64,000 nt of DNA from an uncultured Lachnotalea sp. (lineage in GTDB: Bacteria > Bacillota > Clostridia > Lachnospirales > Lachnospiraceae), in NCBI GenBank assembly GCA_947066815.1, contig CAMSZT010000011.1, positions 2,567-66,566 of the forward strand, in the 5' to 3' direction. This document shows positions 45,722 to 54,119 of the stretch, piece by piece. The notes under the pieces are model-generated. The model saw nothing but the letters and a program-made list of their open reading frames with translations. It ran no database searches and was not told where the DNA came from. The position numbers were made by a program, and so were the translations under genes. How positions within the stretch are numbered: position 1 is the first letter of the stretch; the number at the start of each line of letters is the position of its first letter.

Positions 45722-47500
45722 TCAATCTTCCCGGTCCATCTGCCGTTTCAAATACATCCCCACCACGTTGGAAAAGTTGGCGATATCCCGGATGTAGGCA
45801 AAGTCCTTGCCGAATATTTTCTTTTCCGCCGCCAGGTCCGTCTCCCTTCCGGCAAACACGCCGAGGACGGAGACGCCCAGGCTTCTGGCGTGACGGACCT
45901 CCCTGGCCGTGTCCATGACCGCGTATTCCCCGCCGTAGGAACGGGGATTCTTGCTGTTTGGCCGGTTGACGATGATGTCATTGGGGCGGCCGTCGCTAAG
46001 GACGATCAAAATTTTGTTCTCCTCCTCCCTGGAGAGGAGCCCGTCCACGGCGGCCCGGATGGCCAGGCCGTCCCGGTTGTTGGAGGAAGTCATGTAATCC
46101 ATGATGTTCTTGTCCGCCTCCCGGTCCTCGTCATAGTCCCGAAACCGGTGGAGAATGGTGTAGTCCCAAAAGCTGCAGAAGCTCATGACCCGGTGGGGAA
46201 GCCCGGCGTTGCTTAGGGCCCGGCTGATGATGCAGCCCTGCAGGGCCACCTTGGGCTGGCGCACCCGCTGGGAACCGCTGGCGTCGACCAGCACGTCCAC
46301 CACGAAATCCGAAGCGTTCCGGCCCAAATCCCTGGTAAACAGCCGCCGGTCCCTGGTCCTTCCCACCTTCCACAGAAGGTTTGGCACCACCTGACCGTAA
46401 TCATCCCGCACCTGTTCCCGCTCGCTCCTGCGGACGAGGGCCTGTTTTAACACGTCCGTCAGGATGGAAATGTTCTTTCTCGCCAGATTGTGGTGCTGGG
46501 CGTAGACCCGCCGGTTCTGCTCCGCCTGCCTGAGGGCATACTGGTACTGATAATTATTCTTCACCGGGTTCTTTAAAATCCCCTCCGTAAAATACAGGCT
46601 GCAGTCCCCGTGGGCTCCCCGGCACAGCTTATGGTCCAGCCGCCTTCCCTCCAGCCGCCCCATGAAGGATTTCCCAAAATTCAGCTCCACGTAGGAATAA
46701 ACCTTTTTCAGATCCTCCTCGGTGATCCGCACCACGTGGGTCTTCCCCGCTTCCGACTCCCCCTGTTTTTTCTCCTCCTTCTCCTCCGAGTCGGTCCGCA
46801 TCATGCTCCTGGAAACCCGCCGCATGTATTCCTCGAAGCTCTCCTCCGTGGCGTCCTCCTTCAGAAAGTCCTTCCAGCCGTACTCCGCAAGCTCTTCCAA
46901 AGTGACGGAAAGAACCTCCTCCAGATTCCCCTGTTTCTCCTCAAAGGTATTGTCCAGAAGGCTGTTGTAGAGCCCGTCCACCACCCGGATCAGATCCATG
47001 GTCTCCCCGGCCTCCTCCAGACTCTCCACTTTCTCTGCCGCCTCCGAGAGTTTCCTCGTGGTCCGGTAGGAGGGATCAAGCGCCCGCTTCATCACTGTGA
47101 GCTTCAACATTCCCGTCAGAGATTCCGTCAGCCGCCGGTACTCCAGGTCCAGCGTGTCGGCAAAGGCCCGCCGTCTGAGGGCCGCCACCCCGCTCCGCTC
47201 CTCCTCCGCCCGCCGGTGGCAGGCCGCATCCACGCAGACCTGGGCCAGATTCATCAGATTCATTTCGTCGGCCCCCAGGAACACCTTCTTCACCACGTAG
47301 AGGGCCAGGGCGTCCTTGTCAAAATATTTGGCGAAGGCCCCCTGCTTCACGGCATCGTATAAGGAAATATACCGGGACTTTTGAAAGGACTCCACGTCCA
47401 GCTTCACGTCCAGGGAATAATCCCCGCTGACCGTCCACATCAGGTTCCGGACCCGGTTGGCCGTCTCCATCTCCAACTCGTTTTCCATGTATTCCTTCAT
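45722..47500 (-). CDS. vWA-domain protein of the NorD/CobT type
   Basis: C-terminal vWA domain with an intact MIDAS VLVDASGSQ ... SDGRPND. Long helical N-terminal region. Directly downstream of a CbbQ/NorQ-type AAA+ gene. Confidence 0.8.
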   Translation of the reverse strand: MKEYMENELEMETANRVRNLMWTVSGDYSLDVKLDVESFQKSRYISLYDAVKQGAFAKYFDKDALALYVVKKVFLGADEMNLMNLAQVCVDAACHRRAEEERSGVAALRRRAFADTLDLEYRRLTESLTGMLKLTVMKRALDPSYRTTRKLSEAAEKVESLEEAGETMDLIRVVDGLYNSLLDNTFEEKQGNLEEVLSVTLEELAEYGWKDFLKEDATEESFEEYMRRVSRSMMRTDSEEKEEKKQGESEAGKTHVVRITEEDLKKVYSYVELNFGKSFMGRLEGRRLDHKLCRGAHGDCSLYFTEGILKNPVKNNYQYQYALRQAEQNRRVYAQHHNLARKNISILTDVLKQALVRRSEREQVRDDYGQVVPNLLWKVGRTRDRRLFTRDLGRNASDFVVDVLVDASGSQRVRQPKVALQGCIISRALSNAGLPHRVMSFCSFWDYTILHRFRDYDEDREADKNIMDYMTSSNNRDGLAIRAAVDGLLSREEENKILIVLSDGRPNDIIVNRPNSKNPRSYGGEYAVMDTAREVRHARSLGVSVLGVFAGRETDLAAEKKIFGKDFAYIRDIANFSNVVGMYLKRQMDRED

Positions 47501-47583
47501 CGCTCACCCCACCGCCATTTCCACATTTCTCCGCAAACGCAGTGCCGCCCATCCTTTATTTTTATGAGGACAACGCGCATGCA

Positions 47584-48525
47584 TTAAGAAGCACCCTTTG
47601 GATATGCGTCAAACACATCCCCGGCCGTCCAGTCGTCCGGGATCCTGGTCATGACCACGTCCCCGATGATCTCCTTCTCAAAGATGTCAAAGGTCTTGTT
47701 GGTAATGCCCATCTTCACCGCCAGAGCGGGTCGGAGGCCGCTGCGGATGGTCTTCATGGCGGCCAAAAGCCCCCGCAGGTCCAGGGGCCTGGTGGTGATC
47801 TCCCCGTTGAACGCCTTTAATTGAAGGTCCAGGAACAGGCCGGCAAACTGTCCCATGGCCGACTCCCGTCCGTCCGGGAATGTCACCCGGAAAATCTTGA
47901 GCAGGGTCTCTTCGTCCACCGGGGGCATGTCAATGACAAGAAACCGGGAGACCAGCGCCTCGTTCAGCTCCCTGGTCCCCGCATAGCCATAGTTCATGGT
48001 AGCGATGAAGCGGGCCGCCGGATGGAGGTCCAGCTTTCCATAGCCGGGCACCTCGATGACCCGTCTGAAATCCAGCGTGGCGTGGAGGACCGACACCGCG
48101 TCGTTCTTCGCCATGTTGATCTCGTCCAGCACGCCGAAGCCGCCGTATTTGGCACACCGGTAGACCGGCCCCTCTCTCAGCCTCACCTCATTGTCCACAA
48201 AAGTATCCGTCCCGATCAGGGAATTACTGTCCGTATTGACGTGGAAAGAAATATTGTAGGCCGGCCTTCCAAAAATCCAGGCCAGGTTTTCCGCCAGCAC
48301 ATTTTTCCCCGTGGCCTTGGAGCCGGAAAGCAGAAGATTCTCCCCCTGCAAAAGCCCCGCAACGGCCTGCTCCAGGATCTCCTTTCCATAAAAAGGGATC
48401 GAAGGCGGCGCGACCCGTCCCCGCTCGCCCTCCTCCACCGGATACTGTCCCCGAAAGGCCTCCACGTCCGCGATCAGCCCCTCGTCCACTCCCTGCTCCC
48501 TGAGCATCTCCATTCCCTCAAACAT
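47584..48525 (-). CDS. MoxR-class AAA+ ATPase of the CbbQ/NirQ/NorQ type
   Basis: AAA_5-like core. Walker A variant LLLSGSKATGKNV and Walker B GFGVLDEINMA. 313 aa. Confidence 0.8.
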   Translation of the reverse strand: MFEGMEMLREQGVDEGLIADVEAFRGQYPVEEGERGRVAPPSIPFYGKEILEQAVAGLLQGENLLLSGSKATGKNVLAENLAWIFGRPAYNISFHVNTDSNSLIGTDTFVDNEVRLREGPVYRCAKYGGFGVLDEINMAKNDAVSVLHATLDFRRVIEVPGYGKLDLHPAARFIATMNYGYAGTRELNEALVSRFLVIDMPPVDEETLLKIFRVTFPDGRESAMGQFAGLFLDLQLKAFNGEITTRPLDLRGLLAAMKTIRSGLRPALAVKMGITNKTFDIFEKEIIGDVVMTRIPDDWTAGDVFDAYPKGAS

Positions 48526-48896
48526 CTCCCCGTGCCTCCAATCTTACAAAAGATAATAAGCGAAAGTCATGATATACCTATGCCTGTTTTGTCTTCTTTT
48601 TAAAACCTCTCTCCGGATGATCCCACAGTCACGCATTTCATTTTAATTTCTATACAGTATCAGCCGTTTATATCTTATATGTACACACATAAGATATTTC
48701 TTCCTCCTTCAAAACACCCTTTTTCCTGCCGTAATCAATGATCCACTGTTCGATTGTTGGTTCTTCCGAAATGATCTCATCGCCCAGATCAGCATTGCAG
48801 ATACCACCATGAATGAAAGTGGTTTATTTGAATATAAACATATATAGCATCTTCATCTGCCAAAGTGCCACTTTCCCTTCAGCCCCCCGACCGTCA

Positions 48897-49147
48897 GGAA
48901 GAGGACCGGCCGCTTTTTCAGCCGACTTTTCCCGGGGCCGTCCGCCGGCTTCTCCTAAGCAGACAATAGGAGGTTTGGACGAATTTCCCGAGCATAGCGC
49001 AGGCAATTTTCGCCGACCCGGTTTGATGGAGGCAAAATTGCCTGCGATCGGCGGCGCAGGGAAATCGTTCAAACCGAACGTGTCTGCGTGGAGAAGCCGG
49101 CGGACGGCCCCGAAAACAGCCTCCTAAAAAGCGGCCGGTCCTCTTCC
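48897..49147. repeat. Family-1 rod-like palindromic repeat, copy 4 (orientation A on - strand)
   Basis: Perfect 22-bp outer arms ggaagaggaccggccgcttttt (48897-48918) / aaaaagcggccggtcctcttcc (49126-49147). Perfect 22-bp middle arms ggggccgtccgccggcttctcc (48934-48955) / ggagaagccggcggacggcccc (49090-49111). Conserved core. Confidence 0.9.
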
Positions 49148-49148
49148 G

Positions 49149-49898
49149 TCACTCCCTCCCACACACCAACCTGTTGATCTGCGCCCCCATGTACCCGCCG
49201 CCGAACCCATTGTCGATGTTGACCACGGCCATCCCCTCAGCGCAGGAATTGAGCATGCACAGAAGGGGCGCGATCCCGTTAAGCCCGGCCCCATAACCCA
49301 CAGAAGTCGGAACGGCGATGACCGGCTTGTCCACCAGCCCCGTGATGACGCCGCCCAGGGCGCCCTCCATCCCCGCCACCGCCACGATACAGTTGGCCTT
49401 CCGGATCTCCTCAATTTTGGAGAAGAGCCGGTGGATCCCGGCCACCCCCACGTCAAATACCCGGAGCACCCGGCTCCCGTGGAACTCCGCCGTCTGGGCT
49501 GCCTCCTCCGCCACGGGAATATCCGCCGTCCCTCCGGTACAGACCGCCACCAGCCCCTTCCGCTCCGCCGGGTGCGGCTCATATTTAAGCACACCGGAAA
49601 CCTCGTCGTAGCCCACCTCCGGCACCGCAAGACGCACCGCCTCATACTGCTCCGCCGAAGCCCTGGTGCCCATGACGTTCACGCCCCGGTCCCGGAAGCT
49701 CTCGTAAATGCGGACCAGGTGGTCCAGCTTCTTCCCCTGGCAGAAGATCACCTCACCGAATCCCCGGCGCGCACTCCGGTGAAAATCAATCTTGGCACAG
49801 CCGATGTCCTCATACTCCTGTGCCCCCATCATGATCTCCGCCTCCTCCACAGAGAGTTCCCCCGCCTTCACCTGTTCCAAAAGTTCCCTGACCTCCAT
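49149..49898 (-). CDS. larB: nickel-pincer cofactor biosynthesis protein LarB (NaAD carboxylase/hydrolase, PurE-like)
   Basis: N-terminal helical extension plus PurE-like core VAVCTGGTADIPVAEEA...VAGMEGALGGVI...VIAVPTSVGYG. Confidence 0.85.
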   Translation of the reverse strand: MEVRELLEQVKAGELSVEEAEIMMGAQEYEDIGCAKIDFHRSARRGFGEVIFCQGKKLDHLVRIYESFRDRGVNVMGTRASAEQYEAVRLAVPEVGYDEVSGVLKYEPHPAERKGLVAVCTGGTADIPVAEEAAQTAEFHGSRVLRVFDVGVAGIHRLFSKIEEIRKANCIVAVAGMEGALGGVITGLVDKPVIAVPTSVGYGAGLNGIAPLLCMLNSCAEGMAVVNIDNGFGGGYMGAQINRLVCGRE

Positions 49899-49948
49899 AT
49901 CCGATCTTCACCTCTCCGTCCCTAAGTCCATATTTCCCGACTTCACAA

Positions 49949-50764
49949 TTACCTTCCCAAGTCCATGCTGCCGGAGCGGAAGCCCTCCACGTCCAGCGTA
50001 ATGTAAAGAAATCCAAGCTCCTTAAGTCTCGCCACAATGTCCTCCCTCAAATTTAAGAAGAGGGAAAACTGCTCCGGCAAAATCTCAATCCTGGCCACCG
50101 GCCCGTGAAGCCTGATCCGCACCGTCCCGAAGCCCAGTTCCGAAAGGTACTCCTCCCCTGCGGCGATCTGCCTTAATACCTTTGCATCCAGCCGTTCCCC
50201 GTAGGGAAGCCTGGTGGCAAGGCAGGAGTTGGAGGGCTTTCCCGCCGCCGAGATCCCGAATTCCTCCGCCATGCGCCGCACGTCCCCCTTGGTAAAACCG
50301 GCCTCCTTTAAAGGACTTAAAATTCCCAGCTCCGAGAGGGCCTTAAGTCCCGGTCGGTACGCCTTCGGATCGTCCGCATTGGTGCCGTCCATGACCACGG
50401 CGCACTCATGCTTTTCGGCGAATTCCTTTAGCCGGGCAAACAGATATTTTTTACACTGATAGCAACGGTCCGCCGGGTTATCCAGGATCGCCGGATTATC
50501 CAGCTCGTTGACCGGAAGCACCGCAAAATCGGCACCGCATTCCATGGAGACCTTCCTGGCCGCCTCCTCGTCCCCCTTCGTGTGGAGAAACGTGTCAAAC
50601 ATGACCCCGAACACCGTTCCCCCGGACCGTCTCTGCTCCCTGCAGGCCGCCGCCAGGAGAAGGCTGCTGTCCACGCCTCCGGAAAAGGCAATGCAAACCC
50701 CTTTTTTCACCGCATCCCGCAAAAGCTCCTCAAGCTTCTCTTTTTTGTCCATAAAATCGTACAT
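49949..50764 (-). CDS. larE: ATP-dependent sacrificial sulfur transferase LarE
   Basis: PP-loop AFSGGVDSSLL and the conserved Cys context PSNSCLATRLPYG. Start at ATG 50764, 1 nt after the larC stop. Confidence 0.85.
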   Translation of the reverse strand: MYDFMDKKEKLEELLRDAVKKGVCIAFSGGVDSSLLLAAACREQRRSGGTVFGVMFDTFLHTKGDEEAARKVSMECGADFAVLPVNELDNPAILDNPADRCYQCKKYLFARLKEFAEKHECAVVMDGTNADDPKAYRPGLKALSELGILSPLKEAGFTKGDVRRMAEEFGISAAGKPSNSCLATRLPYGERLDAKVLRQIAAGEEYLSELGFGTVRIRLHGPVARIEILPEQFSLFLNLREDIVARLKELGFLYITLDVEGFRSGSMDLGR

Positions 50765-50765
50765 A

Positions 50766-52301
50766 TCAAAACGCCTCCGCCTGCCGTCTGATCTCTTCAT
50801 AAATGTCCTGAAAAGGCTTTCCCGAACTGTCCGCATACCGGGCCACATCTTCATATTCCGGATAGCAGAAGGCAAGCTCCCCCCGCCGCACCTCCTTGAC
50901 CCTGGCCGGCCCGTAGGAGGTTTCCACCGTGCGGATCTTCCTGGGAAGGACCGTCCTGAGGATCGGATATCGCCGGATGCCGATGGTGGTGGTATGCCGG
51001 AAAATGATATCCTCCAACGCTTCCCGCTTTCCTTCGTCGCAGACCACCTTCATCAGCCAGGCCGGCCGGTTCTTCTTCATAAACGCCGGGAGATAGCACA
51101 CGTCCCTGGCCCCCGCCGCAAAGAGCCGCTCCATCACATAGCCCAGCGCCTCCCCGGTGGCGTCGTCAATATTGGTCTCCAGCATCCAGAGCCCGTCCTC
51201 GGCTCCCGGGCAGACACCCGCCTCCCGGCCATCCCCGGCTCCCGGGCCGTCTCCCGGCCTCCGGCCACTCCCGCTTTCCGGGCGCTCCTCGATCAGACAG
51301 GCCCGCAGGATGTTGGCCTTCGGGAAATCCTTTTTCCCGGCCCCTATTCCCGTTTTAAGGATACGGAACGATTCCGGCAGACGCTCCCTGGTCCGGACGC
51401 CCGCCGCAATGGCCGCCCCGGTGGGCGTCACCATCTCCCCCCTGGTGTCCGTCATTCTCAGGAAAAGCCCGCGGGCCTCGGCGACGGCCATGACCGCCGG
51501 AACCGGGACCGGGAGAATGCCGTGCTGGCAGTGGACATGGCCGCTCCCCTCGCAGATCTCCGAGACCACCGCCTCCGTAATGTCCAGATCATCCAGACAG
51601 ATAGCCGCGGCCGCAATGTCCACGATGGAGTCCACCGCCCCCACCTCGTGGAAATGCACCTCCGAAATATCCTTCCCGTGGACCTTGGCCTCCGCCTCCG
51701 CCACGATCCCGAAAATCCGGAGCGCCGTCTCCTTCGCCCGCTCCGTCATGCCCGAACGGCGGATGATCTCAGTGATATCCCCCAGATTCCGGTGGACATG
51801 CCCGTGCTCATGGCCATGGCCATCTCCGTATTCATGCATATGGCTGTGCCCGTGTTCATGGCTGTATCCCTGCCCGTTTGTATGCTCATGGCCGTCCTCA
51901 TGCTCATGTGCATGCAGGTGCCCATGCGTATGCTCATGGCCGTCCTCATGCTCATGCGCATGCAGGTGCCCATGTGTATGCTCATGACCGTCCTCATGCT
52001 CATGCGCATGCAGATGCCCACGGCTTTCCCCATGCCCATGCTGGTGCTCATGGCCGTTCCCCTGCCTATGCTCATATTCCACATAATCATGGCTGCCGCC
52101 GTCCTCGTCCCCGGCAAGCTCCACGTCAAAGCTGCAGGCTTCCACGCCGCATTTCACCCTCCGGCCGATCTTCACCTCATAGCCGGAGAGTCCCAGACTG
52201 GCAAGCCCCTCCAGAAGCTTTTCCCGGTCGGCCCCCAGATCCAGGAGCGCCGCCACCGTCATGTCCCCGCTGATTCCCGAATAGCATTCCAAATAAAGCA
52301 T
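50766..52301 (-). CDS. larC: nickel insertion protein LarC (pyridinium-3,5-bisthiocarboxylate mononucleotide nickel chelatase) with an expanded His-rich insert
   Basis: N-terminus MLYLECYSGISGDMTVAALLDLGAD (DUF111/LarC family). A His-rich tract of about 100 aa. C-terminal domain present. Confidence 0.88.
   Translation of the reverse strand: MLYLECYSGISGDMTVAALLDLGADREKLLEGLASLGLSGYEVKIGRRVKCGVEACSFDVELAGDEDGGSHDYVEYEHRQGNGHEHQHGHGESRGHLHAHEHEDGHEHTHGHLHAHEHEDGHEHTHGHLHAHEHEDGHEHTNGQGYSHEHGHSHMHEYGDGHGHEHGHVHRNLGDITEIIRRSGMTERAKETALRIFGIVAEAEAKVHGKDISEVHFHEVGAVDSIVDIAAAAICLDDLDITEAVVSEICEGSGHVHCQHGILPVPVPAVMAVAEARGLFLRMTDTRGEMVTPTGAAIAAGVRTRERLPESFRILKTGIGAGKKDFPKANILRACLIEERPESGSGRRPGDGPGAGDGREAGVCPGAEDGLWMLETNIDDATGEALGYVMERLFAAGARDVCYLPAFMKKNRPAWLMKVVCDEGKREALEDIIFRHTTTIGIRRYPILRTVLPRKIRTVETSYGPARVKEVRRGELAFCYPEYEDVARYADSSGKPFQDIYEEIRRQAEAF
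51881..52024 (-). repeat. 48-bp tandem repeat x3 inside larC (encodes HLHAHEHEDGHEHTHG x3)
   Basis: Units begin at 51881, 51929 and 51977 (tatgctcatggccgtcctcatgctcatg.gcatgcaggtgcccatg.g). Confidence 0.85.
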
Positions 52302-52315
52302 CGTTCCACCTTTCC

Positions 52316-53848
52316 TTATCTAAGCCCCGCTCCCGTCATCTCGTCCTTCGCCGCCTCGATCTTCTCATGGATCGCCTTATGCCGCTCGGCGAACAGAAGC
52401 CCGCGGTTATATTTGTAATACCGGTCACATCCATTCTCCCGGATGAACCAGGCGCTGAAGAATCCCGCCGTGAGCTCCGTGACGAACAGGATCAGCTCCT
52501 GGCCCTCCCCGAAGGCCGCCTCCAGAAAATCAAAGGCACACTCCAGCTTTCCGGCGGTCTCTTCCACGAGCCGCTCCCTGAGATCCGCCTCCTTTGTGAA
52601 AGAAGCCCGCACCTCCTCAAAATCGGAAGCCCCTTCCATCTTCCCCAGCCAGGAAATGAGCCTGCGGGCCGTCTGCTCCGCCTCCCGGTCAAGCCGCCCC
52701 GCCTCCCGGTCCCGCTCAAACCGTTCCTCCATGAGGAGCCGTTCCTCCCGGACCACGCCGGCCACAGAAGCAGAAGCCTCCCCCGCTTCTCCACATCCCA
52801 TTTCTCCGGAAAGCTTCTGCTTAAGTGCCTTCAGCCGCCCGAACAGCTCCGTCACAAAGGCTTCCTCCAGATAACAGCATTTAAAATCCTCCGAAAGCCT
52901 GGAAAGAAGCAGTCCCATGACCGCAAACCGCTCGTCAAACTCCGCAAAATGCAGTTTGGAAACCGCCTGGGGAGAAGGGTTCCCCGCCAGCACCTCATCC
53001 ACCCGGTAATCTCGGTGATACTTGTAATACAGCTCCAGATAATTGGCAAAATCCCTGGCGATCTTCGGGAACTGGATATACTGCCCCACCACCTGGGCAT
53101 CCACCGGCTTTTCGAGCCGTTCATAGACATACAAGATCTGGGACAGATCCTCCCAGCCCCTGGCCGTGGCAAAGAGAACCCCGTCCACCGTCGTCTCCAC
53201 CCGGTAAAAATGTTCCCGCCGGATGTCCAGATAGGAGATGACCGCGCCGTGAAGCTTCTCCCGGTAGGCGTATTCCTTCCAGACCGGATAGTCCGCCTCC
53301 ACGTCCAGACGCTTTACCCGGTCAAGCGTCACCACGTCAAAATCCCGCACCGACTTATTATACTCCGGCGGATTCCCCGCCGCCACGATGACCCAGCCCT
53401 CCGGCACCCTCTGATTCCCAAAAGTCTTGCACTGCAAAAACTGGAGCATCATGGGCGCCATGGTCTCCGACACACAGTTGATCTCGTCGATAAAGAGGAT
53501 CCCCTCCCGGATACCCGTCCGCTCCATCCGCTCATAGACAGAAGCGATGATCTCGCTCATGGTGTACTCCGTCACCGAATACCTGCTCCCGCCGTAATCC
53601 TTTTCCCGGATAAAAGGCAGCCCCACGGCGCTCTGCCTGGTATGGTGAGTGATGGTGTAGGACACCAGGCCGATCCCGCATTCCCTGGCGACCTGCTCCA
53701 TGATCTGCGTCTTCCCCACCCCCGGAGGCCCCATGAGGAGCACCGGCCTCTGGCGGACGGCGGGGATCACGTATTCCCCGAAATCATCCTTTAACAGGTA
53801 CGCCTCAATGGTATTTTTGATCTCTTCCTTAGCCCGTTTGATATTCAC
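52316..53848 (-). CDS. MoxR-class AAA+ ATPase (AAA_5) with a long C-terminal helical extension
   Basis: Walker A LLMGPPGVGKTQ, Walker B ILFIDEINC, sensor region VIVAAGNPPEYN. GTG start at 53848 with RBS ggaaggaag. Its stop lies 14 nt before the larC ATG. Confidence 0.85.
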   Translation of the reverse strand: MNIKRAKEEIKNTIEAYLLKDDFGEYVIPAVRQRPVLLMGPPGVGKTQIMEQVARECGIGLVSYTITHHTRQSAVGLPFIREKDYGGSRYSVTEYTMSEIIASVYERMERTGIREGILFIDEINCVSETMAPMMLQFLQCKTFGNQRVPEGWVIVAAGNPPEYNKSVRDFDVVTLDRVKRLDVEADYPVWKEYAYREKLHGAVISYLDIRREHFYRVETTVDGVLFATARGWEDLSQILYVYERLEKPVDAQVVGQYIQFPKIARDFANYLELYYKYHRDYRVDEVLAGNPSPQAVSKLHFAEFDERFAVMGLLLSRLSEDFKCCYLEEAFVTELFGRLKALKQKLSGEMGCGEAGEASASVAGVVREERLLMEERFERDREAGRLDREAEQTARRLISWLGKMEGASDFEEVRASFTKEADLRERLVEETAGKLECAFDFLEAAFGEGQELILFVTELTAGFFSAWFIRENGCDRYYKYNRGLLFAERHKAIHEKIEAAKDEMTGAGLR

Positions 53849-53865
53849 CGAATGACTTCCTTCCC

Positions 53866-54119
53866 AAAATTATTCCACCTGTGCGGTGAAAGGTTTTCCA
53901 TGTCTCCGTCAGGGAACAGCCCATTTCGCAGACACGTTGATTTTTTGATTTTGCTGCGCCGCCTATTGTCATCAAACCTGCTTCCATCAAAACGGGTCAG
54001 CCGGTTCGATGACGCTATGCTCGCAAAATCTGCAAAATCTGCCTATCGTCTGCTTCAAATGGGCTGTTCCCTGACGAAGACGGAATCCAATATTCCGACC
54101 GCACAGGTAGAAATTATTT
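53866..54119. repeat. Family-1 rod-like palindromic repeat, copy 5 (orientation A on + strand; long form)
   Basis: Outermost arms aaaattattccacctgtgcggt (53866-53887) / accgcacaggtagaaattattt (54098-54119). Inner arms gggaacagcccattt / aaatgggctgttccc. Apical stem GTCATCAAACC/GGTTCGATGAC with loop TGCTTCCATCAAAACGGGTCAGCC. Confidence 0.9.

Noticed and set aside
50508-53794. 636-aa and 475-aa + strand ORFs antisense to larE/larC and the AAA_5 gene
   Set aside because: Driven by GC-rich codon structure and by the His-codon repeat (antisense MLM/AVL repeats). No start context or motifs.
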